Source: an uncultured bacterium (GTDB lineage: Bacteria; Krumholzibacteriota; Krumholzibacteriia; LZORAL124-64-63). Taken from it: a stretch of DNA of 64,000 nt. The stretch is from contig CAVSZB010000008.1 in the NCBI GenBank assembly GCA_963732385.1, positions 128,001 through 192,000 on the forward strand. Reading direction: 5' to 3'. The stretch's first letter is position 1; each line of letters begins with the position of its first letter. Shown here piece by piece: positions 19,401 to 29,135 of the stretch. Made by a program: the position numbers and the translations under genes. Below the pieces are notes generated by a model that saw nothing but the letters and a program-made list of their open reading frames with translations, had not been told where the DNA came from and did not search any database.

Positions 19401-20252
19401 TTCGGCGGCGAGGTCGCCAACGTCGTCCCGCCAGGATCCGCGGACCGACAGATCCAGCGGTCCGGTCTCCACCTGCAACGAGTCCGCGCGGAAGACAAAC
19501 GCGGGCAGGCGGCCCACGAGCGAGTCGAGGGTCACCGCCCGCGTGGCGGCATCGTACGTCGCGGCGGCTCGTGCGGAGGCCAGATCCACCGTCCAGAGCG
19601 GAGCGATGCGCGATTCCGCCCGCCCGCTCAGGCTCCGCACGACCAGTTGCGGCGTCCCGCCGGCCAGCACGGATGCGGACCCTGTCACGGCCATGTCGGC
19701 GGCCACGATCCCGTCCGGCAGCAGCAGGCGGTCCACCGCCACGTCGAGTCCGCGCACCCGCAGCGAGGGCAGCGTCGGCACGCTGCCGGCGCGCAGGAAC
19801 GGAACCGGCGCCACGCCTTCGGTCCGGGCCGGCATCATGGCCAGCGGCCGCAGGAGCTGCTGGATCCCCGGCAGGTCCAGCCGGGACGCGGTGGCTGTGA
19901 ACTGCTCCACCAGCAGGTCATGGCCGCGCAGCCCCCGCAAGTCGATCCGGACCACGGCGGATTCGACCACGGCCAGGGTGTCGATGGTCGTGCCGTCGGC
20001 AGCGGGAGCGGTCCAGACCAGATCGCGCCCCGCGAAGCTGTCCAGGCGTGGCCAGGACCAGTGCCCGTGGAGTTCGCCGGGCAGTGTGCGGAGGGCCCGG
20101 CCGAGTCCTGCGCCGAGCCAGACGCCCCGCAGCGACGGGAGCAGGAACGAACCGACCAGCAGCACGACCGTCCCCACCGACCCCACCAGGACGAAGCCGA
20201 TCGCTCTGCGCACGGCCTTCCAGGCGGGCCTCGGCACGCGCCCGCCTACCAT
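16473..20252 (-). CDS. tamB: Translocation and assembly module TamB (DUF490-type C-terminus)
   Basis: N-terminal membrane anchor, long beta-rich body, C-terminal LESEP...DIMAFLLFGR...GKFI...LEYTL...GLDLRWQQRY; overlaps the tamA stop. Confidence 0.85.
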   Translation of the reverse strand: MVGGRVPRPAWKAVRRAIGFVLVGSVGTVVLLVGSFLLPSLRGVWLGAGLGRALRTLPGELHGHWSWPRLDSFAGRDLVWTAPAADGTTIDTLAVVESAVVRIDLRGLRGHDLLVEQFTATASRLDLPGIQQLLRPLAMMPARTEGVAPVPFLRAGSVPTLPSLRVRGLDVAVDRLLLPDGIVAADMAVTGSASVLAGGTPQLVVRSLSGRAESRIAPLWTVDLASARAAATYDAATRAVTLDSLVGRLPAFVFRADSLQVETGPLDLSVRGSWRDDVGDLAAELHFHARVPVPLQNPLPGMVMREFAGRLGLQCHGTATDLRLDAELDLDPSADLRRGMGRGSALVSLRPQPRLRQLRVDALGLQWRGTTLEASGAWDGATIDGRVTADLQDLEFPALLAPGLLAGVRGRLKATGAVVGPLADPRITATATAAGTIASVWQLPGVARAAAGLPAGIDRAAFSRIDLDLEGGLDGSWSELSADLRVDLGRTPWLDRGLLVGHAKVAPRSRALGHLRVDSLAVALRGTGILASGDLDTAQADLAVTLTMDGTGLLDLLLPDSLRVTDLGLVSRLRISGPWRDLQGEGNLNGHLLTQDFDLSEFQATLVGSPRELQVRARARGGVRLGSVAVDSLAVAWTGRPLSTGGIPAGDFLLHVWAPETTGWLRGSAAGDTVRTATIDTLVFTAAGQEIHAASPFTLRSGPGPRDLSVSTLHLRGDPGSLDLDASLAGEGLMLAAGLDLLLSREWLESLFPSPFWSADEGADLAVSGVADLSNLGTAAGRAPVFQGRAGVRLIPRNQEPEARIDLDFHLAAGDTAGLAGNLTFGIGETRLVSGSLTWPGRIDAASGRWFPAAAGHGRLDLNEQELPLAFINGFLPTDVSLEGNLTVGAGVAVSRAAATAAPATDSAISGVIRTRGLRVNLPNRSRLDLTGNIGVTGRLVDPRLAGESTVTSGLIRLQESQPLLHPASGAAALWTAAREAAADSSGPAGATWRRSDASVPEVSPLFVPDLDLHVLIPGNFKVIGYGLEAELAGDIRIVRGLDGSGRPAPVLRGRLRVVEGTLRAFNRTFTVESGGFDLAGSIPLNPSVDLVLVADIDGTRVRIKVTGSSQQPRIVLESEPEMIQADIMAFLLFGRPLNELDTDQRVSLNGEQSPVQQLSRNLQGLALLFGATGFQNSVSGRIGVDQVQIGSDTAGGSTLVLGKFINPRLLLKYHQSLERSGSYFMTLEYTLSRLFKLISTYGQNEEASGLDLRWQQRY

Positions 20253-22099
20253 GGGTACCCCACGCCGAAATAGGCCAGGGCGGACGGCTCGTCCGCAGAG
20301 ACGGGGCCAAGGTTCCAGGCGTAACCGATGCGCACCGGGCCGAGGGGCGTGCGGAAATCCAGGCCGGCACCGGCCGCAGTCTCCAGATCGGCGAGCCGGA
20401 CATCGCCCGGCCGACGCCAGACCTGGCCGGAGTCGAGGAACACGATGGCCCCAAGAATCCAGGTCACGGGAAGCCGGGCCTCCATGCCGGCCAGCAGCAC
20501 GGCATCGCCTCCGAGCGGCAGGCCGTCGGCATCGCGCGGCCCGAGTTGGCGCCGGCCGTAGCCGCGCATGCTGCTGTAGCCGCCGGCGAAGAAGCGGCGA
20601 TTGGGCAGCAGCGCCTCGGCCTTTCCCAGCGGCTCGGCCCAGCCTGCCCGGGCACGTCCGGCCAGGATGGCGCCGCCGCCGAGGCCGTGGTACAGCGAGA
20701 GATCGCCCTGCATGGAGAGGTAAGGCGACCCGGAACCGCTGATGGGTGGCGACCAGGTGGAGGTCAGCTTCCCGAACCCGCCCGCGCGCGGGTAGAGGGG
20801 ATCGTCGGTCCAGTCCCATTTCCGGTCGGCCCAGATCTCAAGCAGGCTGCCCTCCCGATCGACGATGGACTGGTCGACCGTACTCCTGAGCGTCAGAGAC
20901 ACGCGCGAAAGGGACACGCCTGCATTTGCCAGGTCCCGTCCCCGCGGCCGCAGGCTCTGGGTCAGGGCCAGTCGCCATTCCCGGGAGACGAAGGCGTCCT
21001 CGGATTCGCGCCGCCATTCGGCGCTCGCACGGGTGCGGGCGCGGGGCGAGAGCCAGCCGAACCAGCTCAGGCCGCCACCGGCGTTCTGGGTGTGGGTCGC
21101 CAGGGCGGCGTGGGCGTCGAGCCCCTGACCACCGCCCAGCAGGTTGCGATGCGCCCAGCCGACCCGCGCCATCCATGGGTTGTCCGACCACGTGCCGACG
21201 CCAGCCTCCACCAGGCGCATGTCCGCGTTCTCGACCGTGGCCACCAGGTCCAGCCGCCCCGGGCCCTGCGGAACCACATCAAGGGTGACCTGGCGGAAGA
21301 GCTGGCTGGAGCGCAGATCGAACGCGGCCTCTTCGAGGCTGGATTGTGCGAAGGCGGTGGGGGGCACGATGTTCATCAGGCGACGGGTCAGCGGCGCCAG
21401 GTCGGGACTGCAGCCGGCGACGGTTACGCCGGTGATGTCGTAGCGGTCGCCAGGAGTGACGGCATACATGACGGCCACGCCGCTGGCGCTGATGGGGCGG
21501 GCCGATACGTCCACCTCGGCCAGCGCGAAGCCCCCGTCCCGCAGGAAGCGCTGCAGGAAGGCGCGTGAAAGCTCGATCCTCGCGTCACGGAAGCGCTCGC
21601 CACGTCGGCACAGTTCCCTGGAGGCGGAATCGGGTGGGGCCAGTCCGGCGGGCCAGCCCTGCAGCTCGGTCGCCATGACTCTGACCGGAGGGCCCGGCTC
21701 GATGCGCAGGGTCAGGCCCAGCCGTTTCCTGCCGCTTTCCGGGGAAGCCACCGGCGTGACCTCCGCCGCCGGGTACCCCTCGTGCGCCATGAAGAGCCGG
21801 ATCCGGTCCAGGTCCTCCGCCAGCAGACGGCGGCGGAAGGCCGGCAGGACCGGGCCGCGCAACAGGCGGTCGCGGCCGGCCAGCGCCAGTCCCCCCTTCA
21901 ACTCCCTGTCCAGATCGGAAGGTGCGCCCTCCAGCCTGAGCCAGGCGATTTTCCAGCCTTCGTAGCGGCGCCACTCCCGCCCCGCGGGCGTCCCGGCCGC
22001 GGACGGAGCGACAACCATGACGCCAAGCGACAGCGTCGCAATCCCGAGGATTCCGCGCAGCAGGCGAGTCGCCGGTCGCTGTCGGGGAGCATTGGACAT
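20246..22099 (-). CDS. tamA: Omp85-family TamA/BamA-like protein (POTRA domains + barrel)
   Basis: Signal peptide, POTRA-like repeats, FFAGGYSSMRGY, TPLGPVRIGYA, YFGVGYPW; adjacent to tamB. Confidence 0.88.
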   Translation of the reverse strand: MSNAPRQRPATRLLRGILGIATLSLGVMVVAPSAAGTPAGREWRRYEGWKIAWLRLEGAPSDLDRELKGGLALAGRDRLLRGPVLPAFRRRLLAEDLDRIRLFMAHEGYPAAEVTPVASPESGRKRLGLTLRIEPGPPVRVMATELQGWPAGLAPPDSASRELCRRGERFRDARIELSRAFLQRFLRDGGFALAEVDVSARPISASGVAVMYAVTPGDRYDITGVTVAGCSPDLAPLTRRLMNIVPPTAFAQSSLEEAAFDLRSSQLFRQVTLDVVPQGPGRLDLVATVENADMRLVEAGVGTWSDNPWMARVGWAHRNLLGGGQGLDAHAALATHTQNAGGGLSWFGWLSPRARTRASAEWRRESEDAFVSREWRLALTQSLRPRGRDLANAGVSLSRVSLTLRSTVDQSIVDREGSLLEIWADRKWDWTDDPLYPRAGGFGKLTSTWSPPISGSGSPYLSMQGDLSLYHGLGGGAILAGRARAGWAEPLGKAEALLPNRRFFAGGYSSMRGYGRRQLGPRDADGLPLGGDAVLLAGMEARLPVTWILGAIVFLDSGQVWRRPGDVRLADLETAAGAGLDFRTPLGPVRIGYAWNLGPVSADEPSALAYFGVGYPW

Positions 22100-22160
22100 G
22101 GCACCTGCATCATAACGGCTTGGCGGCCGGGATGCCCACAAATGCGAGCGCCGGGCCTCC

Positions 22161-23375
22161 TCAGATCCGCGCCAGCGCCTGCCGCAGGTCCGCGATGATG
22201 TCGTCGACGTCCTCCAGGCCGACCGACAGCCTGACCATGGCCGGGTCGATGCCCACCTTCTTCAGGTCCGCCTCGCTGTAGGTCGAGTGGGTCATGGTGG
22301 CGGGGTGTTCGATGAGGGTGTCGACGTCGCCGAGGCTGACGGCGAGGGTGCAGAGCTCGACGTTGTCCATGACCACCTTGCCGGCGTTGCGGCCCCCCTT
22401 GACCAGGAAGCTGATCATGCCGCCGAAGCCGCGCTGCTGGCGGGTGGCGAGGTCGTGCTGGGGGTGGGTGCGCAGGCCGGGGTAGGTCACCTCGGTCACT
22501 TTGGGGTGGTAGGAGAGGAAGTTGGCCACTTCCATGGCGTTTTCGCTGTGGCGGTCCATGCGGACGGGGAGGGTCTTGAGGCCGCGCAAAAGAAGCCAGG
22601 CGTTGAACGGGGAGATGATGCCGCCGAGGTCGCGCACGGTCTCGAAGCGGGCCTTGAGGATCCAGTCGGCCTTGCCGACGAGGATGCCGGCCACCGTGTC
22701 GCCGTGGCCGCCGATGTATTTCGTGGCGCTGTGCAGGACGATGTCGGCGCCGAGGTTGAGCGGGTTCTGGTAGTAGGGGGTGCAGAAGGTGTTGTCGACC
22801 AGCATCGGGATGCCGGCCTGGCGCGCGATCTTCCCCACGGCTTCGATATCGGTCAGCACCAGCGTCGGGTTGGCGGGCGACTCGACGTAGATCAGTTTCG
22901 TCTTCTTCGTCACGGCGCGGGCGAAGTTCTGCGGGTCGCGCGCATCGACCTCGGTCACGGTGATGCCGAGCTTCGGCAGGGTGTGCGTGAAGAGCTGGTG
23001 CGTGCCGCCGTAGAGGGTGTCGCCGGAGACGATGTGGTCGCCGGCCTGGCAGCAGGTCAGCACGGCCGTGGTGCAGGCGGCCATGCCGCTGCCGAGGGCC
23101 AGCGCCGCCTCGCCCTGCTCGAGATTGGCCATTTCGGTTTCGAGCGCGGCCTGCGTCGGGTTGCCCAGGCGCGTGTAGAAATAGCCGCTCTCGGTGCCGG
23201 CGAAGATGGCGGCGCCGTGGTCGGCGCTCTCGAAGGCGAAGGTCGAGCTCTGGAAGATCGGGGTCGAGACAGCGCGAATCGGCTGGTCGGTCTCGTGCTT
23301 GTCCAGATGCTTCTTCCCGTGGATGCAGAGCGTGGCGAACTTGTACTTGTGCGCGCGGTCCTTATGGTCGCTCAT
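22161..23375 (-). CDS. Methionine gamma-lyase-like PLP enzyme (Cys/Met metabolism family)
   Basis: PIFQSSTF, YTRLGNPT, SGMAA, LYGGT, VDNTF, HSATKYIGGHGD, AVSLGDVDTLIEHPATMTHS, RLSVGLED. Confidence 0.88.
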   Translation of the reverse strand: MSDHKDRAHKYKFATLCIHGKKHLDKHETDQPIRAVSTPIFQSSTFAFESADHGAAIFAGTESGYFYTRLGNPTQAALETEMANLEQGEAALALGSGMAACTTAVLTCCQAGDHIVSGDTLYGGTHQLFTHTLPKLGITVTEVDARDPQNFARAVTKKTKLIYVESPANPTLVLTDIEAVGKIARQAGIPMLVDNTFCTPYYQNPLNLGADIVLHSATKYIGGHGDTVAGILVGKADWILKARFETVRDLGGIISPFNAWLLLRGLKTLPVRMDRHSENAMEVANFLSYHPKVTEVTYPGLRTHPQHDLATRQQRGFGGMISFLVKGGRNAGKVVMDNVELCTLAVSLGDVDTLIEHPATMTHSTYSEADLKKVGIDPAMVRLSVGLEDVDDIIADLRQALARI

Positions 23376-24562
23376 CGCGCCCCCCCCTTCCGGCCGCGCA
23401 TCGGTGGCGCCGCGGCCCGCAGGGTCTCCACCTGGGTCAGCTCCTCCCACGGCAGGCCGGCGCGCCCGAAGTGGCCGCCCACCGCGGTCGGCGCGTAGAT
23501 CGGCCGGCGCAGGTCGAGCGCCTCGATGATCCCGGCGGGGGAGAGGTCGAACCGGGAGCGCACGATGTCGGTCAGCTTAGCGTCGGGCAGGACGCCGGTG
23601 CCGAAGCTGTCCACCTGGACGACGATCGGTTCGGACATGCCGATCACGTAGACGACCTCCACCGTGCAGCGGCGCGCCAGCCCGGCGGCCACGAGATGTT
23701 TGGCGACCCAGCGCGCGCCATACGAGCCGCTGCGGTCCGGTTTGGTGGGATCCTTGCCCGAGAAGGCGTTGCCGCCGTGCGGACAGGCGGCGCCGTAGCT
23801 GTCGACCGTGATCTTGCGACCGGTCTGCCCGCAGTCGGCCCGCGGGCCGCCGTGGGTGAACGAGCCGGTGGGGTTGATGTGGACCCGCGTGGCGTCGTCG
23901 AGCAGGCCGGCCGGCCCGAGCACCGGCTTGATGACCAGTCGGAGCAGGTCGCGGCGGATGAGCGTCTGGGCCGCCTCGGGGCGGTGGTGCGCCGAGACGA
24001 CCACGTCGGCGGCGCGGCGCGGCCGCCCCTGTGCGTCGTAATCGATGGTCACCTGGGTCTTGCCGTCGGGATAGAGGTAGGGCAGGCGCCCCTCGCGGCG
24101 GACGGCGGTGAGGCGGTCGGCGAGCCGGTTGGCGAAGAAGGCAGGCGCCGGCATGAGCACGGTGCCGCCCGGCAGGGCGGCCGCTTCGTCGGTGGCGTAG
24201 CCCACCACGATCCCCTGGTCACCGGCTCCCTTGCGGTCCACGCCCATCGCCACGTTGGGCGACTGCTCCTCGATCATCACGACCACGGCGCAGCTCTGGT
24301 GGTCGAAGCCGGTGGAGGGGTCGTCGTAGCCGACGGCAAGAATCGTCCGGCGCACGACCGCGGCAAGGTCGACATAGCACTTCGTGGTGATCTGCCCGGT
24401 GACGACCACCATGCCGGTGGTGACGATCACTTCGCAGGAGACGCGCGCGAACCGGTCGTGGGTCAGGATCGCGTCGAGGATCGAGTCGGCGATCAGATCG
24501 CACAGCTTGTCCGCATGTCCCGCCGTGACGGATTCGGCCGTCAGGAGTCTGCCCGTGCCCAT
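23372..24562 (-). CDS. metK: S-adenosylmethionine synthetase, divergent copy
   Basis: ESVTAGHADK, GAGDQG, PDGKTQV, TGRK, FSGKDPTK.DRS; several substitutions in invariant motifs; GGAGG RBS. Confidence 0.9.
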   Translation of the reverse strand: MGTGRLLTAESVTAGHADKLCDLIADSILDAILTHDRFARVSCEVIVTTGMVVVTGQITTKCYVDLAAVVRRTILAVGYDDPSTGFDHQSCAVVVMIEEQSPNVAMGVDRKGAGDQGIVVGYATDEAAALPGGTVLMPAPAFFANRLADRLTAVRREGRLPYLYPDGKTQVTIDYDAQGRPRRAADVVVSAHHRPEAAQTLIRRDLLRLVIKPVLGPAGLLDDATRVHINPTGSFTHGGPRADCGQTGRKITVDSYGAACPHGGNAFSGKDPTKPDRSGSYGARWVAKHLVAAGLARRCTVEVVYVIGMSEPIVVQVDSFGTGVLPDAKLTDIVRSRFDLSPAGIIEALDLRRPIYAPTAVGGHFGRAGLPWEELTQVETLRAAAPPMRGRKGGAR

Positions 24563-24619
24563 GATACCTCCCGCCGGCGCCAGGCGGGCGCCGAAAGCGC
24601 TTGAATTCGGCCGGGTCTT

Positions 24620-24645
24620 TGAAACAATGGCCCGTGGCCTGCGTT
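24620..24645 (+). promoter_or_regulatory. Putative ECF-sigma (SigW-like) promoter for the ABC operon
   Basis: TGAAAC-N16-CGTT, 55 nt upstream of ATG 24700. Confidence 0.45.
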
Positions 24646-24699
24646 GTACGCCGGCATTGCCTGTCGCCGAGGTCAACCCCGGAACCGGACCGGTCAATC

Positions 24700-25640
<941 letters not shown>

Positions 25641-25642
25641 GG

Positions 25643-26497
25643 ATGCCCGTCTACGAACGGGGCTATCGGCACTGGGAGCCGTCGGGGCGGCGCGAGGCGG
25701 CGCCGTGGTGGGTCATCGCCCGCCGCGGCATCCTGGCGCCGCTGCGCACGCGCCGTTTCCTGGCCCTGCTGCTGCTGGCCTGGGTGCCGGCGGTGGTGAA
25801 GGGGGTCATCCTGTACTTCTCGTTCCAGGCGGGCGACCTGATGAAACTGCTGGGCGGTTCGTGGGCGTCCGTCGATGCGCCCGGCTTCTTCGCCTTCCTC
25901 GAAAAGCAGCGCAGCTTCGTGTTGATCGTGCTGGCGATCGTCGGCACGCCGCTCGTGTCGCGCGACCGCAGCGAGAACGGGCTCGCGCTCTACTTCGCGC
26001 GGCCGCTGACGCTGCGTGACTACGTGCTGGGCAAGCTGCTGATCGTGCTGTTCTACTTCCTGATCGTGACCCTCGCGCCGGTGCTGCTGCTGGCGTTGTT
26101 CGGCTACCTGGTCACCTCAGGGGCGACCGGGCTGGACATGCTGCTGCTGACGCCGCTGCGCGCCACCGTCTACTGCCTCCTCGCCGGCACCAGCCTGGGC
26201 CTCGTGCTGCTGGCGCTTTCGGCGTCGGGTAGGCGGACGGTATTCATCGCCATGAGCTGGCTGATGCTGTTCGCCGGCAGTGCGCTGGTGGCGAAGATCC
26301 TCGCGCTGTTCGGCGGGCCGTGGATGCAGCTCCTCGACGTCCCTGCCCAGTACGACCACGCCGGCTCGCTGCTGTTCGGCGCGAAGGCGCCGCTGGAATA
26401 TCCGCGCGTGATCAGCTTCCTGCTGATCGCCGGCTACACGGCCTGCGCCTGGGTCGTGCTGCGGCGGCGGATCCGTCCGGTGGAGGTGGTGTCGTGA
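25643..26497 (+). CDS. ABC-2-type transporter permease
   Basis: Multiple TM segments; DRSENGLALYFARPLTLRDYVLGK; operon context. Confidence 0.88.
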   Translation: MPVYERGYRHWEPSGRREAAPWWVIARRGILAPLRTRRFLALLLLAWVPAVVKGVILYFSFQAGDLMKLLGGSWASVDAPGFFAFLEKQRSFVLIVLAIVGTPLVSRDRSENGLALYFARPLTLRDYVLGKLLIVLFYFLIVTLAPVLLLALFGYLVTSGATGLDMLLLTPLRATVYCLLAGTSLGLVLLALSASGRRTVFIAMSWLMLFAGSALVAKILALFGGPWMQLLDVPAQYDHAGSLLFGAKAPLEYPRVISFLLIAGYTACAWVVLRRRIRPVEVVS

Positions 26498-27450
26498 GCC
26501 CCGACATCGCCCGGCCCGTCACCGCCGCGCCCCTGGTCCTGCAGGCGCGCCGGGTCAGCAAATGGTTCGGCGAGGTGATCGCGGTCAACGACTCGAGCCT
26601 GACCGTCGGCCCCGGCGTGACCGGCCTGCTCGGCCTGAACGGGGCTGGCAAGACGACGTTGTTCAAGCTGCTGTCCGGCCTGATCGAGCCGAGCCAGGGC
26701 GAGGTGCTCATCTTCGGCCAGCGGTTGCGGCGGGAGGTGGGGCTGTTCCGGCGGATCGGCTTCTGTCCCGAGAGCGAGGCGATGCACGACTGGCTCACCG
26801 GGCGCGAGTTCGTCTCCCTGATGCTGCGGCTGATGGGCGCGCCGGGCCCGGAGATCGCGCCGCGCACGGCGGCGGCCCTGGACCGCGTGCACCTGGCCGA
26901 CGCCGCCGACCGGCGCATCGGCTCCTACTCCAAGGGCATGCGCCAGAAGATCAAGATGGCGCAGGCGCTCGTGCACGACCCCGATATCATCTTCCTCGAC
27001 GAGCCGCTCAACGGCATGGATCCGGTGGCGCGGCACGAGATCATCGCGCTCGTGAAGCAGCTCGGGGCGTCCGGCAAGACGGTGCTCGTGTCGAGCCACA
27101 TCCTGCCGGAGATCGAGGAGATGACCCGCAGCATCGTGCTCATCCACCATGGCAAGGTGCTGGCGGAGGGGGATGTGACCGAGATCCGCGACAAGATCCA
27201 CGATCACCCCACCATCGTGGCGCTGAGCGCGCCGGAGCCGCGCCGCCTGGCCTCGTTCCTGGCCGGGCGCGAACTCGTGATGGGGGTCGAACTGGACGAA
27301 CGCGGGCGCGTGGTGGCGCGCACCGACCACGCGGTCGCCTTCTACCGCGCCCTGCCGGGCTGGCTGCTGGCGGAGAAACTGGCGGTGGACGAGATCGAGA
27401 CGCTGGACGACAGCCTGCAGGCGGTGTTCGACTACCTGGTGGGCGACTGA
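26494..27450 (+). CDS. ABC transporter ATP-binding protein
   Basis: GLNGAGKTT, YSKGMRQK, FLDEPLNGMDP, SSH; GTGA overlap with the permease stop. Confidence 0.95.
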   Translation: MSPDIARPVTAAPLVLQARRVSKWFGEVIAVNDSSLTVGPGVTGLLGLNGAGKTTLFKLLSGLIEPSQGEVLIFGQRLRREVGLFRRIGFCPESEAMHDWLTGREFVSLMLRLMGAPGPEIAPRTAAALDRVHLADAADRRIGSYSKGMRQKIKMAQALVHDPDIIFLDEPLNGMDPVARHEIIALVKQLGASGKTVLVSSHILPEIEEMTRSIVLIHHGKVLAEGDVTEIRDKIHDHPTIVALSAPEPRRLASFLAGRELVMGVELDERGRVVARTDHAVAFYRALPGWLLAEKLAVDEIETLDDSLQAVFDYLVGD

Positions 27451-27478
27451 GCGCGCGGAGCGCGCGGGGAGGCTCGGC

Positions 27479-28342
27479 GTGGGCTTGCTGGCGAAGCTGA
27501 CGGGCGCGGGCGGGACGGTGCCGGCGGGCGAACGGCAACTGCCGCTGGCCACCGGGGCGTTCTGGATCGGCTGGTACTCCTATCGCGAGATGGCCCGGCG
27601 GCGGCGTCTGGTGGCCATGGGCGCTGTCATGCTGGTGCCGGTGCTGATGTGCCTGGCGTGGCGTCTGCTCGACCGCGACGGCGCCGTCTCCGCCTCGCTG
27701 TTGCTGGCGAACCTCGGCGGGATCGTCTACGTGCCGTTCATGACCGCGCTGGTCTCTTTGGCCTTTGGCGTGTCGGCGATCGGCGAGGAGGTCGAGGAGG
27801 GAACGATCCTCTACTACTGGACCCGTCCCGTCGGCCGGGGCGCCATCCATCTCGGCCGCCTGGTGGCGGCGCAGACCGTGGCGGCCACGCTGCTGGCCGG
27901 GTCGCTCGCCCTCTGTTTCGCGGTCATCACAGCCGGCAACTTCGGAGCGCTCACGGCGAAGTTCGTGCATGCGTACCTGGTCACGGTGGGCGTGGTCGTG
28001 CTCGGCGCGTTCGTCTACACCGCCATCTTCGCCGCCATGGGCACCGGTCTGAAACGCCCGATGCTGGCGGCCCTGCTGTTCGCGTTCGGCTGGGAGACGA
28101 TGACCGGCAACATCCCGGCGCGCATCCAGCAGTTGACGGTGGTTTTCCACCTGCGCAACCTGATCGGCAATACCGAGGCCGGCACGCGCAGCGTGCCCAA
28201 CCTGCTGCTCGAACTGCTGCGCCAGGTGCAGCACGAGGCGCCGGTGCCTGGGTGGCGGTCGGTGCTGGTGCTGCTGGCGACGATGATTCTCGCCGGCCTG
28301 CTCGGCGCCTGGCTCCTGCGTCGCAAGGAGATCTTCCGCTGA
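27479..28342 (+). CDS. ABC-2-type transporter permease
   Basis: TM segments; EVEEGTILYYWTRPVGR. Confidence 0.88.
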   Translation: MGLLAKLTGAGGTVPAGERQLPLATGAFWIGWYSYREMARRRRLVAMGAVMLVPVLMCLAWRLLDRDGAVSASLLLANLGGIVYVPFMTALVSLAFGVSAIGEEVEEGTILYYWTRPVGRGAIHLGRLVAAQTVAATLLAGSLALCFAVITAGNFGALTAKFVHAYLVTVGVVVLGAFVYTAIFAAMGTGLKRPMLAALLFAFGWETMTGNIPARIQQLTVVFHLRNLIGNTEAGTRSVPNLLLELLRQVQHEAPVPGWRSVLVLLATMILAGLLGAWLLRRKEIFR

Positions 28343-28344
28343 CC

Positions 28345-28986
28345 ATGCCTGCCCGCGGCGTTGAGCCCGGTCCGCTGGACCGCTCGGGCGCGCACTGCCC
28401 CGGCGTGGTGGTGCCGGTTGCGTTCTTCGCCCGTCCCACGCTCGAGGTGGCGCGCGATCTGATCGGCTGTGTCGTCACCACCGGCCACGGCGCCACGCTC
28501 ACGGCGGGCCGCATCGTCGAGACGGAGGCGTATCTGGGCGAGGATGACCCCGCCTCGCACGCCGCCCGCGGCCCTACGCCGCGCGCCTCCATCATGTTCG
28601 GTCCGCCCGGCGTGGCCTATGTCTACCTGATCTACGGCCTGCACCACTGCCTCAACTTCGTCACCGAGCGGGACGGCACGGCCGGCGCGGTGCTGATCCG
28701 GGCGCTCGCTCCGGTGGCGGGGCGGGAGGTGATGGCCGGTCGGCGCGCGGCCGGTGGTCGTCTGCCGCGGCCGTCCGCGCTGTGTGACGGTCCGGGCCGG
28801 CTCTGTCGCGCGCTTGGCATCGACCGGACGTGGAACGGCGAATCGGCGCAGGGGCCGCGCCTGCGGGTCCTGGCGCGCCGGGGGGCGCCGCCCCACATCG
28901 TGATGACGCCGCGCATCGGCGTGCGGCGGGCGGCGGACCGGCCGTGGCGTTTCGTGGCGGAGGCGGATGCCGCGGCGCCGGTTTGA
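28345..28986 (+). CDS. 3-methyladenine DNA glycosylase (MPG/AAG family)
   Basis: GRIVETEAY, DPASH, AYVYLIYG.HHCLN, AVLIRA, GPGRLC, PRIG. Confidence 0.93.
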   Translation: MPARGVEPGPLDRSGAHCPGVVVPVAFFARPTLEVARDLIGCVVTTGHGATLTAGRIVETEAYLGEDDPASHAARGPTPRASIMFGPPGVAYVYLIYGLHHCLNFVTERDGTAGAVLIRALAPVAGREVMAGRRAAGGRLPRPSALCDGPGRLCRALGIDRTWNGESAQGPRLRVLARRGAPPHIVMTPRIGVRRAADRPWRFVAEADAAAPV

Positions 28987-29011
28987 CACCACGCAAGACC
29001 GGTGCTAGCGT
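28983..29011 (+). promoter_or_regulatory. Putative sigma-70 promoter for the M16 peptidase pair
   Basis: TTGACA-N17-TAGCGT with an extended -10 TG. Confidence 0.6.
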
Positions 29012-29135
29012 GCGCCTGCGCCCCGTTCGCGCTATCTTGAGACCCTTCCCCGATCGTGTGTTTGTCCGCCCGGCCCGCCCCCGGGCGACTTCTGGCCGCC
29101 CCCGCCTTGCGGGGGCCTTCCCGACGGAGGCTTTC

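Noticed and set aside
24628..24642. Sigma-54-like TGGCCC-N5-CTGC upstream of the ABC operon
   Set aside because: Weak -12 element; the overlapping ECF-type motif fits better.
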